From: Lobosporangium transversale
Taxonomy: Eukaryota
DNA length: 64,000 nucleotides
Assembly (NCBI RefSeq): GCF_002105155.1
Contig: NW_019028980.1
Coordinates: forward strand, 1,116,001-1,180,000
Direction: 5' to 3'
In this document: in pieces, positions 13,401-25,961 of the stretch
Layout of the letters: every line of letters starts with the position of its first letter
How positions within the stretch are numbered: position 1 is the first letter of the stretch
Notes under the pieces: model-generated
The model's input: the letters and a program-made list of their open reading frames with translations, nothing else
The model's database searches: none
What the model was told of the DNA's origin: nothing
Made by a program: the position numbers and the translations under genes

Positions 13401-14690
13401 AAAGAGGCACACAGAGCTATTAGCACTATTGGAAATGAACGAATGAAACAAGCAATGATGGAAGAGACCAAGTGAGTGTTATGAGCATTTAATTTACTGC
13501 AATCAGTAAAACGTGATCGCTCTCAAATCCATGTCTGTTCATATATATATAGTTTGTTTATCGATGTGTTTGGACAAATGTCTAGCCCAAAAAAATGAGG
13601 GTCCATGGATCAGAAAAAGTATAACAAATGAGCATCAACTGAAATGGCCATAGAAACAATAACAGCGATCCAATTGGAGGCTTGTTTCCTTTTTGTTATT
13701 AGCCCAGATGAGCAAACGTAAAAGATAAAAAGGAAGTGACAAGCGATCATTGGAATCGAGGAATGCGTGTGCGACATGAGATAAAAAAAGGATGAGATTC
13801 TTTGCCATGCAACTTTACTATCTCAAAATATACCCAGGGAGACACAAATGAAGTTAGGAAGCACTTTTGGAGACACAACAGTAAATACATGTATATATGT
13901 ATTTGTTTACTCATTAATAATAAGAAGGAATAAAATACTACACAAGTGAATGGGCAGTGCGCATGCATCTTTGTTGACTTACGAGAGCTTACCGAAAGAA
14001 CTGGGCGATCTTTTTTAGATAGTGAGCCATCATCAATAAGTGCATACGTCCATAGTTTAGGAGAAAACAAACTATTTCATTCAAGACTTTTTTGTCACCA
14101 AGATCTGGTTCATTGGATTCTTTCTCTAAATTTGCGATTCGCGAATATGGCGCCTCGATCTGCTACAGCTGGCCTTAGTCTAGAGTACGCCCTATAATTT
14201 GAGAGTAATGTCCAAAAAACGGTTCACGTTTACAAAATGGCGCCATCCGCCGCGACTAAAAGGGATAGAGGCATCGCGTCCCCAAGCGTGCATGGCGCAT
14301 GGGTTCGGAAGCAAGAAATATTTCTGAACTAGGCGCCGTCTCATTATTTGTTTTTGTACAATCTTGTCCTTGGGCCAGCGATGGGCGGAACAACATCATA
14401 TCTTACCATGCATGGATTAGAGGATCTTTTCATCATTAACAGCAACAACAACAACAACAAAAAAAAAGCTGCGAGTCAATTGTACGCGTACTTTTCGCTA
14501 GAGGGCATTGAAGCAGAATGACTCTAAATGTAGTGGCGATGGGCGGAACTACAGCCCTCATGATTGCAATCTTAGAGAGATATACGTATGTTGCTCTGTT
14601 GTCGACTATTTTATTTGTGTATTAGTCTTTACATGCAGTTGTCAATTTTTTCCCCCCTATCCTTTACCCATTATCTTGCTATTATTCAAG

Positions 14691-14721
<31 letters not shown>

Positions 14722-17700
14722 CGGGAACATGAAAGGCACGCTAGAGAGGCATCTCCTGCAGAGGCCATAAGCTCTTATGCAACTGTGCCAGTCAAATATT
14801 TAGGCTATAACGAGCGAACCCTGGTGCTTTGCAGTGGAGAGCACAAATAATAAAGCAAAATAGATACAGCCGATTATATGTGTTAATATTCTTTAAACAC
14901 TTCGGATTCTAAATGGTGCAAGGAAAAGAGAGAAAAAAAGTTGTGGGGAAGGCTCTCCCTTCCCTTTCCTCTCTTTTGTCTACGGGCCTCGTCAGCTTAC
15001 TTATCTCATTGTAGTTCTGACAGTCACTCAATTCTGTTTCTTGTTGGTTCAAGCATAAAACTCCCAAAGTGCTCTTGTTGTTCGTTTCAAATCATTTCTC
15101 TGCAGGGTTTCCCCTGTGGAAGAGCAAACAATTCTTGGAATACCCTTTCCTTTAAGCTTGAAAATGATTTAATCGGGCGTAATTCAAAGTCTTGATCAAA
15201 GAAATGAAATGAAATATACTCTTTATTTTTTATATCCTTGAATGATCTTGGACAAGGGAAAAAAAATGCGTGCAATGTTCGCTTAAAACAGAAACTCCCT
15301 AGCGTCCCCTGCTACCCCATTATATGCCGATTTGGTTGCTTGTAGTGACATAGACTATATATATAAGTTTGATTCAAAGTCAATTGGTTATATTATATCT
15401 AGAAAGCACCACTTCTATGCTTTCGGAGGATCTTTCAACGTTGTTTTGCAATGGCAAGGATAGGATGGTGGCACAATAAAAGAGCGAGAATCATTGCTTG
15501 AGTACGAAGGTTTTAAAATATAGATAAGATCGAAATGGGTTATTTTGTTGTACTTGCATCAATGATTACACCTATGCTTGCTAGCTTACTGGCTTGTTGT
15601 TTGCTTCTTTCTATTGAATGATCTTTTGAAGCTAAAATTAGCCATCAACAGTAGCAACAACAATATAGTGCTTTTTTTAAATTTTGCTACAATGAGTATA
15701 CGCGAGGGGAGTTCATTTGTTTTATTTGTCTTTTTGTTATGTTGGCAAAAAAAAAAAAAAAAAAAAAAATTCATTCTTTTTCGTATACTTTAATATAGAC
15801 TTCTCCAAAGGATCAGCAAAGTAGAGCGATCCATGTCTTTGGGATGAATGAGCAAAGCTTCCGCCCGATCATGGAACATGTGCTGTACACATGTACATGT
15901 ATACTAGACACAGAAGTAAAAGAATGGAGTTACCTTTGGCCTGGATGTCCTAGTTTAGGAACCAAGAGATGGAGTTGAGGATAAATGAATGAATGATAAA
16001 AAGGGCTCTCATTGAATCAAATGAATGGGCTGTTCATTAAAGTCAGTCTAACTATTTGGGTCAATAATGTGACATCTGTATTTAAGGTTTGGTCACAATC
16101 AAATCCGCGATCGCATTTATCAGTTCTGCTCATTATGAATAAGTGACATGACATCTGGACTGAATGACTGAATAAGGAAGAACTGCCAATCCAAAGAGGT
16201 AATTTGATATGGCCTAACATATCCGGATGTAAATGTGAGCATGATCTTAGCCTTAAGAAAGGCTAAGCGCAGGTCTGAGTATACTGTAAAGTGGTATATA
16301 AATCTACATCTTGGACAAACGAAAGAAATGCGTAAGGTGCGGTTTGCTGTGTTCGTTGATAACGGCAGTGGATTGCGGCGTGGTTCCGGATATAGAGATG
16401 ATGCACCCAATGATATGTGGGATAAGGGTTATCTATTGGGCAAGATAAAAACAAGAACACAGATGGTGCCTATTGCCTATTGATTTGTTTTGTTGTGCGT
16501 GTACAGGTCTTTCCTCATATCAACACAGAAAGAGGAAGAAAACTCGTTTTAGAATACTATTTTCTATTCCAGTGCGCCGTCTGCCCACATCCGTTTGTGT
16601 TGTTGTTGTCATGCATGTCTTCTGTGTCTTCTGTAGGAAGAGAATGGAAAGAACGAGCTGCATAAGGTTTGGTGTAACACAAGTAAGCTCGACCAATAAG
16701 ATCTAAATCATTCATCTAATCTCATTCTTGTTCCACGGACAACTGCAAAAAAAAAAAAAAGCTTTGTTCACTCGCTTTTTCAGTTTTTTGGGCGTATCAC
16801 ACGCACATCCATGGCTCTCATTATGGCAATGGCGCTGACATCCTCACTCTTCTCATTATTTTCCATACGTTTCATCAAATTAGGCTAACCTTTCTTTGGG
16901 TTCTTTCTGATCCTCATATCGTTAGTGCCACTCTAACTATATATACCAAAGGGTGCTCCTAATCAAAGACGACATCATCTGCAGAATGTCGTATTGACAT
17001 TACGGATGAATGAATCCTCGAGGGGCCAGTACACAAAACTGAATAAAACCAGCGCCTTTGTTGCTGTCAAATTTGAAGGTTGAGATTTGTTATATTTATA
17101 CTATAAATAAAAAGACCCTGAATGGAATGTAGTAGATATATATATATTATCACCTTTATGCTAATGGCGGAAGTGTCGAGAACATCAACAGATAAAGGAT
17201 TAGGAAGAGGAAGAGTGGATATGAACAGTAAATGAACGGATGTAATTTATTCATGGGACTGAACATGAAAATGAGGGTTTGATTTTGTGAGCCCTGGACA
17301 TATTAGACGATTCAATAGGCCACAATAGGCAATGATGACAACAATGGCATTTTTTTTACTTTTGCTCCTTTAAGGAGCAACCCAACTCAATTCAATCGAT
17401 TGAATTTGTATAATGATTAAATTCCATTTAGACACTTCTGCTCTCACCTTGTCACTCTGTTTGTTCTTTTGCAACGGTTGTTTTTCTTATTATTGTTGAT
17501 ATTTTTTGTTTACATGGCCCAATGGAGGAAAACATCCGCCTGTTCCAGTACTCAAGCATAAACGGGCATCGGAGAGACGAAAGTAGTATAAAAGGCTCCT
17601 CAATTTCTCCACAAAGGCCTTTTTTTTTTTTTTTTTTCCTTGTCTACCAGCCAACTCTCAACCGACCCCATAACTTCCTCATTTCCTCTCTCTTTCCTCT

Positions 17701-17752
17701 CCGCTTACCCTCTCTTCCCTTCACTTCTACTACCAACTCGATCATTCTCAAC

Positions 17753-19609
17753 ATGAAGCTCTCCATTGCTGCTGCTATCGGTCTTTTGGCCCTTACTGTC
17801 ACCGAGGCCGTTAAGGTCAACCCTCTTCCCGCCCCTGTTCACATCAGCTGGGCAAAGTCAGGCCCCGTTAAGGTCGCTGACAACTTCCGCATTGTCGGAC
17901 CCAAGCACGACATTCTCAGCAAGGCCTTTGATCGCACTGCTGCTCTCATCAAGAAGGAGCGCTGGGTTCCCCAGACCTGGGAGCGCCCTGCTGCCGAGTT
18001 CCCCCCATTCCCCACTCTTGAGAAGCGTGGTGATGCCGAAGAGGAGGTCTCTGCTCAAGCCAACGGCTCCAAAACCCTCAAAACCATCACCGTCGATGTT
18101 AAGGACTTGAAGGCTGATCTTCAACATGGTGTTGATGAGTCTTATACTCTTGATATCTCTGCCTCCGGTAAGGGTACCATCAAGGCCAAGACCGTCTGGG
18201 GTGCCCTCAACGCTCTCCAGACCCTCAACCAGATCATCATCCATGACAAGAAGCTCGGACTCCACATTGAGCAGCCTGTTCATATCGAGGATGCTCCCAA
18301 GTATGTCCACCGTGGAGTCATGTACGATACCTCTCGTAACTTCTACCCCATGAATGTCCTCAAGAAGCAAATTGATGGTCTTGCCTACTCCAAGTTGAAC
18401 GTCTTCCACTGGCATCTCACTGACAACCAGGCCTGGCCTGTCGAGATTAAGAAGCACCCCCAGATGACCAAGGATGCTTACTCTCCTCGTGAGATCTACA
18501 CTCAGAAGGACATTAAGGAACTGATCCGCTATGGTCGCGAGCGCGGTGTCCGTGTCTACCCTGAGCTCGATGTCCCTGGTCACTCTGCTGCTGGCTGGCT
18601 CCAGGTTGACAAGAAGGCCGTCACTTGCGCTGATTCGTGGTGGGATAACGATGGCTGGACTCACCACTCTGCTGTCGAGCCCAACCCTGGTCAACTCGAT
18701 ATTGCTTACCCTGGCACTTACAAGCTGATCAAGGACGTTTACACCGAGTTGGCTAACGTCTTCACTGATAACCTCTTCCACGTCGGTTTCGATGAGCTCA
18801 ACACCTACTGCTACAACTACTCTTCTTACTCTCGCGATTGGTTCAAGAACCATCCTGGCGCCACTTACCAGGACTTTGCTCAGCAGTACGTTGATAAGGT
18901 TCTTCCCATCTTCAATGACAAGCCCAGCCGCCGATTGGTCATGTGGGAGGACTCTGTTCTTTCCCCCGACTTCCCTGCCCACAACATCCCCACCAACGTC
19001 ATCATGCAATCCTGGAACAAGGGTACTGAGAACATTAAGGCCTTGGCCACTAAGGGTTACGATATCATCGTTTCCTCTGCTGACTTCCTCTACCTCGACT
19101 GCGGTCATGGTGGATGGGTCACCAACGACCCTCGCTACAACGAGAACGAGCCCCCAGTCCTCCCCAAGGCCATCGCTGATGCCTTCGCTGCCAACCCTAG
19201 CGCATACAGCCCTACTACCGTCAACTATGGTGGTCACGGTGCCTCGTGGTGCGCTCCCTACAAGAGTTGGCAACGCATCTATGACTATGATTTCACTAAG
19301 GGCTTGACCGAAGAAGAAGCTAAGCACGTCATCGGTGCTGAGGCTCCCTTGTGGTCTGAACAGGCTGATCAATATGTCGTTGACAGCAAGATCTGGCCCC
19401 GCGCTGCTGCTCTCGCTGAGTTGACCTGGTCCGGCAACCGCAACAAGGCTGGATACAAGCGTACCACTGAGCTCAGCACCCGTATCTACGAGTTCCGTGA
19501 GCGTCTTATTGCCCGTGGCATTGGTGCTGCTCCTTTGGCTCCCAAGTACTGCTTGCAACACCCTCACCACTGCGATCTCTTCCGCAACCAGACCGCCCTT
19601 GGAAAGTAA
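17753..19609 (+). CDS. Secreted beta-N-acetylhexosaminidase (GH20), intronless, prepro-enzyme
   Basis: Signal peptide MKLSIAAAIGLLALTVTEA, propeptide ending EKR, HRGVMYDTSRNF, NVFHWH, catalytic HVGFDE, GAEAPLWSEQ, WPRAAALAE; strong C/T-ending codon bias. True start is 17753, not 17522. Confidence 0.96.
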   Translation: MKLSIAAAIGLLALTVTEAVKVNPLPAPVHISWAKSGPVKVADNFRIVGPKHDILSKAFDRTAALIKKERWVPQTWERPAAEFPPFPTLEKRGDAEEEVSAQANGSKTLKTITVDVKDLKADLQHGVDESYTLDISASGKGTIKAKTVWGALNALQTLNQIIIHDKKLGLHIEQPVHIEDAPKYVHRGVMYDTSRNFYPMNVLKKQIDGLAYSKLNVFHWHLTDNQAWPVEIKKHPQMTKDAYSPREIYTQKDIKELIRYGRERGVRVYPELDVPGHSAAGWLQVDKKAVTCADSWWDNDGWTHHSAVEPNPGQLDIAYPGTYKLIKDVYTELANVFTDNLFHVGFDELNTYCYNYSSYSRDWFKNHPGATYQDFAQQYVDKVLPIFNDKPSRRLVMWEDSVLSPDFPAHNIPTNVIMQSWNKGTENIKALATKGYDIIVSSADFLYLDCGHGGWVTNDPRYNENEPPVLPKAIADAFAANPSAYSPTTVNYGGHGASWCAPYKSWQRIYDYDFTKGLTEEEAKHVIGAEAPLWSEQADQYVVDSKIWPRAAALAELTWSGNRNKAGYKRTTELSTRIYEFRERLIARGIGAAPLAPKYCLQHPHHCDLFRNQTALGK

Positions 19610-20060
19610 ATCGGTATTTTTCTTTCCCGCTTCACTCCTAGCGTTTTTTATTTTCGAGATTCTTAGACGACCCCAATTTTTTAGAACAACCACATCAAAA
19701 AAAAAAAAAAAAAACAACAGCAGCAGTTTCTTTTCTTTATATTCAAATAGTCTGGTTACGTTTTGAGTGAAAAGATAGAGAGAGGCTTTCATTAGGAGGA
19801 TATAATTCTTTTAACATTATGATACCACTAAAAAGAATCAGTAATAAATTCAATGATCTTTTTTAAAAAATATTCATGATACATGATGGGAACATTGCGC
19901 AAACAAAAATGTTCTTATAACGGTCTTGACGCTTCGTTCGAGGACTTCAGGGGTAGAGGCATTAAAGCATCAAAGCATTTAAAGATTTTGTATTTTTTAC
20001 GCAGCCACTGATCTTTAGCTCCTCCATCTTTTTTTTACCAACTTTGCGAATTCAATTATC

Positions 20061-21267
20061 ATGGGTGATCAGTCTCAGGACCAGGACGAGATTCAACAAC
20101 AACAGGAACAGGAGCAACAGGAAGAGACACCCTTCTTCTATGATGGTCCTATTGATCCGGCTACTGAACAGGCCATTCAGGAACTAAAGGATGTTGGTGC
20201 AAAGGCATTCGCTCTTCAGGATTATGAACTCGCTGTCGAAAAGTTTGGTCTCGCGTCAGAAATGCTGTGAGTACTTCAAATGAGACGCGCGGCTTTTTTT
20301 TTATTTATTCCATGAATATTCTGTTTTTAATTCAGGAATCCAGGATCTTAACATGTAAAGCACTCTTTTTTTTTTTTTTTTTTTTTCTTTTTTTTTTTCC
20401 TACTCAGAGGTCAAGTTTATGGCGAGACCAACCCCAAGTGTGCAGATACCTTATTTATATATGGAAAAGCACTCTTAGAACATGCAATTCAACAAAGCTC
20501 TGTACTTGGAGGAGCAACTGAGAAGAAGGCTAAAGAAGAGAAGGCTGCTGTCGAGAGTGGCTCATCCGCAGCTGCATCCTGTAATTGTTTTTTTTTATGG
20601 ATGAAGTAAAAAGATGCGAAGTATTGAGATAACAGTTATAGCAAGTAGCGGACAAAAGATTATAATAGCTAACAGCGTTTTTTTTTTTTTTTTTTTTTTT
20701 TTTTTAGCATCTTCTGCACCAAGTAACCCACGATTTGTGTTTGAAGGCGATGATGATGAAGAGGAAGAAGAAGAGGAAGAGGGCGGTGAAAATGAAGGAG
20801 AGGAAGGACAGGATGATTTCGCTGTAGCCTGGGACGTTCTAGACCTGGCTCGCGTCCTTTATCATCGTCAAGGCACAGAGGAAGCGCTTTTGAAGCTCGG
20901 TGACGTTCACATTTCACTTGGTGATGTCTCATTAGAATCCGAAAACTTTGATCAAGCAGTGGCTGACTTTCGGGAGGCGATTTTGATCAAGGAGGCAAGA
21001 TTAGAGCCTGATGATCGACAGCTGGCAGAGGCACATTACAAACTCGCGTTGGCACTGGAATATTCACCTACAGAATCTGACAAGACTCAAGAACATATCC
21101 ATAAGGCTATTACAGTGTTGAAGGCGAGGATTCAGAAATTGAACGGCTTGTTGGCTTCTGGAAAGGGCAAGGCACGAGCAACGGATGAAAATGAAAGCGA
21201 GTCAAAGATGGCTAAAGAGTTGATCGAGCTACATGAGCTCATTGGTGAAATGGACCAGAAGGTATTT

Positions 21268-21298
<31 letters not shown>

Positions 21299-21301
21299 GT
21301 G

Positions 21302-21335
<34 letters not shown>

Positions 21336-21870
21336 CAGTTATGCTGTTATGCTGCCTGCTTACATCTCTTACAAAAACAACGACAGCAGTTAGGGCAAGA
21401 GTCGTTAACATTGCTTTTATTTTTTATCTTGCTCAATGTTTTGACAGATCCAGGATTTGCTCAACAATCAAGCCAAGAAATCCATAGAAGGTCAGACGCC
21501 TGCTGAGATGCTCAGCATGTTGAGTCAGCAAGTCCAGCCTGTGAATGATATCAATAACTTGATCAAACCAAAGCCCAACAAACCCGCCGTTTCTCCAGGC
21601 TCTTCAGCCATAGCTACGACCACGACTACGACCACGACCACGACTACAAGCATCACCACGGCTACAATCACAAACGCAGCTGTAACAGCAACTATAACAG
21701 AGTCATCGCCGTCATCTTCGTCTTCAACACCCATGATAACCAAAGATCCTTCTACGGCAATATCAACAGCAGAGGACGCTGAGGTGGAGTCAGGACTCAA
21801 GCGTAAGGCTGAAGATGTCATTGAAAGCAGTGCAAAAGAAGATGAAGCAGAAAAGAAGATCAAAGTTTAG
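20061..21870 (+). CDS. NASP/Hif1/Sim3-family histone H3-H4 chaperone (SHNi-TPR); exons 20061-20266, 20408-20580, 20708-21261, 21448-21870
   Basis: TPR1 followed by YGKALLE, an acidic insert, DDFAVAWDVLDLAR, LGDVSLESENFDQAVADF and RQLAEAHYKLALALEY; C-terminal bipartite NLS-like KRKA...KKIKV. Confidence 0.9.
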
Positions 21871-21980
21871 AATGACTTGATTATTTTGAAATTACAGTAG
21901 CCTTATATTACATGGATGCATGTGTATTTGATTCTAAATGCCATTAATAAAACTGAAAAAGGCATCTGTTGCGCCATGCT
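21801..21980 (+). repeat. Copy A of diverged direct repeat (NASP last codons + 3'UTR)
   Basis: Core 21855-21913 matches 26089-26146 with 6 transitions and 1 gap; similarity continues through CATTAATAAAACTGA...CATCTGTTG. Confidence 0.85.
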
Positions 21981-22658
21981 AGTATTGGCTGTGAATCATT
22001 GTGAGTACTTTTCCTATGTTAAAGATACTTGTAAGACAGAGTGATTTTAGTCACCTTTTCCAAATTGTACTCCGTAAAAGCTACGATAAAATATTGGAAC
22101 TTCAGGATAAGTTATTATGATGGCCTCTGTCTCCATTAAAGCACAGTCAACCATGAGCCTGCTTGTCCTAATCTTACGCTCGGATTTAATAGTTGAATCA
22201 GCTGGTAAGGAGGTAACTGTTGGACTATTAGTAAAGTACACAGTACAAGATTTTCTAAAGCTTTTTTCTCTAGTGCCAGGATCCACAATTGCTTATCATG
22301 TGCAAATGCGAATGCCCTCTTAGACGTGGCCGCCCTTGACAAGTAGAGGAAACAAAAGTGGGCTACACCCTATCATTAAATTGTTGCAGATAAATGAAAA
22401 GAATGATCTTTTTGCGGTCGTTGCATAGTCATGAATGTGGAACTGATAAGAGGACTAGCAAGAGAATAAAGTAAATTGTTATACACAATTCATCAGTTGC
22501 TGCGACTCGTGACGTAACTTCTACAGAGTGCAGCAGGGAAAGGAAATACTCCATCAGTTTTTAGTATCGGAGCCATATAATCAATGGATAGTGAAAGCAA
22601 AGAACTTCCATAAGATTAAAACAAAAGAGTAATACAGTAATATGGAGATGTTTGGGAA

Positions 22659-23137
22659 TTGGATGGCGCCTTGCTGGTCAGCGACTTAACTCGATTCGAA
22701 TTCAAGCGCAAGACGGCAGATCCTCCACAAGATGTGAAGTACTGCAAACCATCAATGTCGAGTCGTAGACTTTCCATGATCGATAATCATGGAGTGATGA
22801 GCAATGAATCCACGACCGTTTTATACAGGATTGCCCTGTACGCCCATTGTTCATCAGTCTACGGCCCTTCATCATTTTTACAAGACCCAAATATTTCAAG
22901 CAGACAAAAAACTTGGACGGCGTCTTGCTTGTCAGCGACTTAACTCGATTCGAATTCAAGCGCAAGACGGCAGATCCTCCACAAGATGTGAAGTACTGCA
23001 AACCATCAATGTCGAGTCGTAGACTTTCCATGATCGATAATCATGGAGTGATGAGCAATGAATCCACGACCGTTTTATACAGGATTGCCCTGTACGCCCA
23101 TTGTTCATCAGTCTACAGCCCTCCATTATTTTTACAG
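22659..23137. repeat. Near-perfect tandem duplication, period 254 bp (22659-22882 and 22913-23137)
   Basis: gtcagcgacttaactcgattcgaattcaagcgc...catcagtctac is identical in both copies; the few mismatches are at the edges. Confidence 0.97.
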
Positions 23138-23328
23138 GTTTATTGCTGCGGAAATGCTCAAAGGGAAGAGGGGAAGAATGAGAAAGGGGAAGAATGGTTG
23201 AAAGAAGAAAAAAGTGTCTTGCTGCTGTTGTTAGTCTTTAATAATAAATTTACGCCACCAACCAAAATGGCCACAAACACTTAAAAGTCCTGTAGATTCC
23301 TTGTCGAACTCATCCTTATCGAAAGAAA

Positions 23329-25961
23329 ATGTCTAAGCGCGCCAATGATTCAATTGACAAAATACCAGAAGTGCACAGGAAGTACAAGAAGATGAATAGC
23401 AACCAACTGATGTACTCTGCTCGGCGGCAGTTCTTGCTTGAAAATGCCCCATTTCCAGACGTTTTTAAATGTGCTCAGGCATTTTACAACGAGTTTCATT
23501 TTAACGGACGTAACGCTGCCAATGACGCGCTGACCCGAACTCTCGAAGACATGGAGTCATCCGGAAATATCTCATTTAAGGGCTTTCTAGTGCAGATGAA
23601 GGTTGCTACTTCTCGTTCGTTATTTGTTTTCGCTTTTAAGCAGTGTTTCTCCAAGTAAATATCTCTTAAATGACATTCTACTCTGAAATTAGACTGATGA
23701 ATTTCGTAACTGGGAGAAGCATTTTTTCCAGACTTACAAGGAAAGCAAGATGATGGACGCTTTCGTTTCAAAACAGATGACACAGATTCGCGTCGCTGGC
23801 CTTCTAAAGGGCAAGTCGGTTCTCGTCAGCAATATTAATTTTCTTGGTGATGGTGTAGTAAATGAAACAGAGGCGGATATTGCCGCCGCCGCCCTTCCCA
23901 AGAAGACTACTGTGAGTCCTGCTTTTTTTTTTTTTTTATTTTTTTTTTTACATTTCCTAATGAGGCTGTGACTGACCTCAATACCTTGCTTTTATAATTG
24001 AAAATCTGCAAAAACCGATCAACCAGCCTACTACACCACCGACATTGTCTTCAGCGTCGACTTCTGATGTATTTCTTCAACGAGTTCAATTTACCTCGGA
24101 CGAGGATATATGCGAGTTCTTCTTTCAGCAACTAGTCAAAGTATGGTCAGACATCAGCGCTTTTTCGAAGTTCATATTAGAGCGGCACTTCAACACAGCA
24201 TGCAAATCAGCATTTAGCACCTATATCAAAAGTCTTCGTGCGATATATAACCACCCCGGCATTGATGAGTCTATTCGAAGAGATGTTAAGAAGCTCAAGG
24301 ATATGAGGGAATCTCGGTTCCGTAGTGGTTTTTTTGAATATGAAAGTGCGATGATCAACAAAGCCCTTATTGAAAAGCGCACCCAAGAACAAAATGCTCC
24401 ACCGGGCTTCGACAAACAGTATAAGGGAGAGTGGAATGTGGATGAAGAGAATGGAGACCAGATGAAATATTATTTAGGCCTATTGGATCCAGAGCAATCT
24501 TCTCAGGGCTCTGTCGATGACAGTTTCAATATTGCTAGAACATCCTCAGAATCCTCAAAGTCAGATTCTCAGTACTCTGACGAAGACCTCACTGGTGAGA
24601 TCCCCGAACCATTTGCAATTGATTTACTGTCCGGCCCAGGCACAATGTCAAGCCAGCTCTCAAACGATGTCGATGGTCGTATTAAAGTTGCCGAGACAGA
24701 CATAAATGAAGCGATCATGAATTATCGTCGAAATTACGTAATTAGAAAATGTCCTACCAATACGGATGGAATGCTGTAAGTCAAAAACTTGTAATGTTGG
24801 TTACCAAAACGCGGTTAGTCATTTATTAATTTTCACGTAGCCTTGTGAATTTTATTGTTACACGTCCCTTACTTCTGAGCCTTTTTTCAATTGAGCTCGT
24901 CGATGCGGCATTCCCAAGACACAACCCTATGATATTGGAGCCTAAAGAAGTTGGCATGATCACACGACTTTGTTCGAAAGCAACACTTTGTCCATATGAA
25001 GAGCTCCTAGAGTGGTGGGATAGTGAAAGCAAGATATCAACATCAGTGATCTATCGAGCCGTCTCCAATTACTTCGCCGAGGCGGGACTGTGGGCGAATA
25101 CCAACTGGTATGAAAAACGGAGTGGGAATAATGAAGATTCATTCATTCATAATCTTATTAGGCCTTTGGTGGCTGGAGCGTTTGGTACGTTCATTGGTTG
25201 CTTGTTTCGTTGGTAGGTAACTTCTTTCCAGTTATGTATTCAGATTTCTTGATTTGATCCTTATTGGCTTCCTTATTTCCTTTTTCTAATACCTATTTTT
25301 GTTGTTTTTTCTAATATCTATTTAAATCTGTTGCGATCATGTCAGGTCACGAGACCCACTTTGCTCAGCAACTGATATTGACAATCGAATGGAGCTACCA
25401 GATTACCAAGTTTCCTTTGGGCAGTACTCATTTGTGCTGGGGGAATTTAAGACTGCAACTGCGCCACGTCAGGATGTCGAACTTGACTACAGGAAGCTGC
25501 TGACATTGGGGAAACGAGCTGTCGATCTTTTATTTAAAGATGGTTACAATGTCCCAGTTGTATTAATACACGGCCGAGGGATGTTGATAGATATTTACAC
25601 CCTTGAACTTAAGGGGGAGGCAATGTATTACACAAAGGCTCTTGGAACTCTTCGTTTAATTTCGAACCCATATGAGTTCTCCCAGCTCCTAAGTTTGGCA
25701 CCTTTGATATCAGCGAAGGTATGTCAAAGTTATGATATTCTTACGTTGAAGCAATATATGATGACATGAAGGAGCGGAGCTATTCACACTGATATCTTCT
25801 ATACTCTTTATCAACAGCTCATTGCGAGTGGTGTCTTTGATTCTTTAAAGGCCAAGAGGAAGACTCACACGAATAAAAACTGGATACGTGGCACTTTTGA
25901 CGTCAAAGGTGTAACAGTCACTAATAGTAATAATAATAATAGTAAGTCAAAATCACCCTAG
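23329..25961 (+). CDS. ~696-aa protein with C-terminal PD-(D/E)xK restriction-endonuclease-like domain (Crinkler/CR-REase-like); exons 23329-23601, 23732-23911, 24027-24775, 24841-25212, 25346-25718, 25818-25961
   Basis: Five listed ORFs plus a terminal exon join in frame via five GT..AG introns with no stops; motif order NEDSFIHNLIRPL...W...LPDY...LGEFK...DYRKL...K..VD matches the E-helix/PD/ExK nuclease core. The intron 1 donor (gttgct) is weak. Confidence 0.72.

Noticed and set aside
17858..19792. 644-aa antisense ORF over the GH20 gene
   Set aside because: Expected shadow of strong codon bias (few TTA/CTA/TCA codons on the sense strand); the translation has no recognisable features.
22659..23137. 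Possible CRISPR array or LTR pair
   Set aside because: Only two long adjacent copies with a ~30-nt gap; no repeat-spacer periodicity, TG..CA ends or internal retroelement ORFs.
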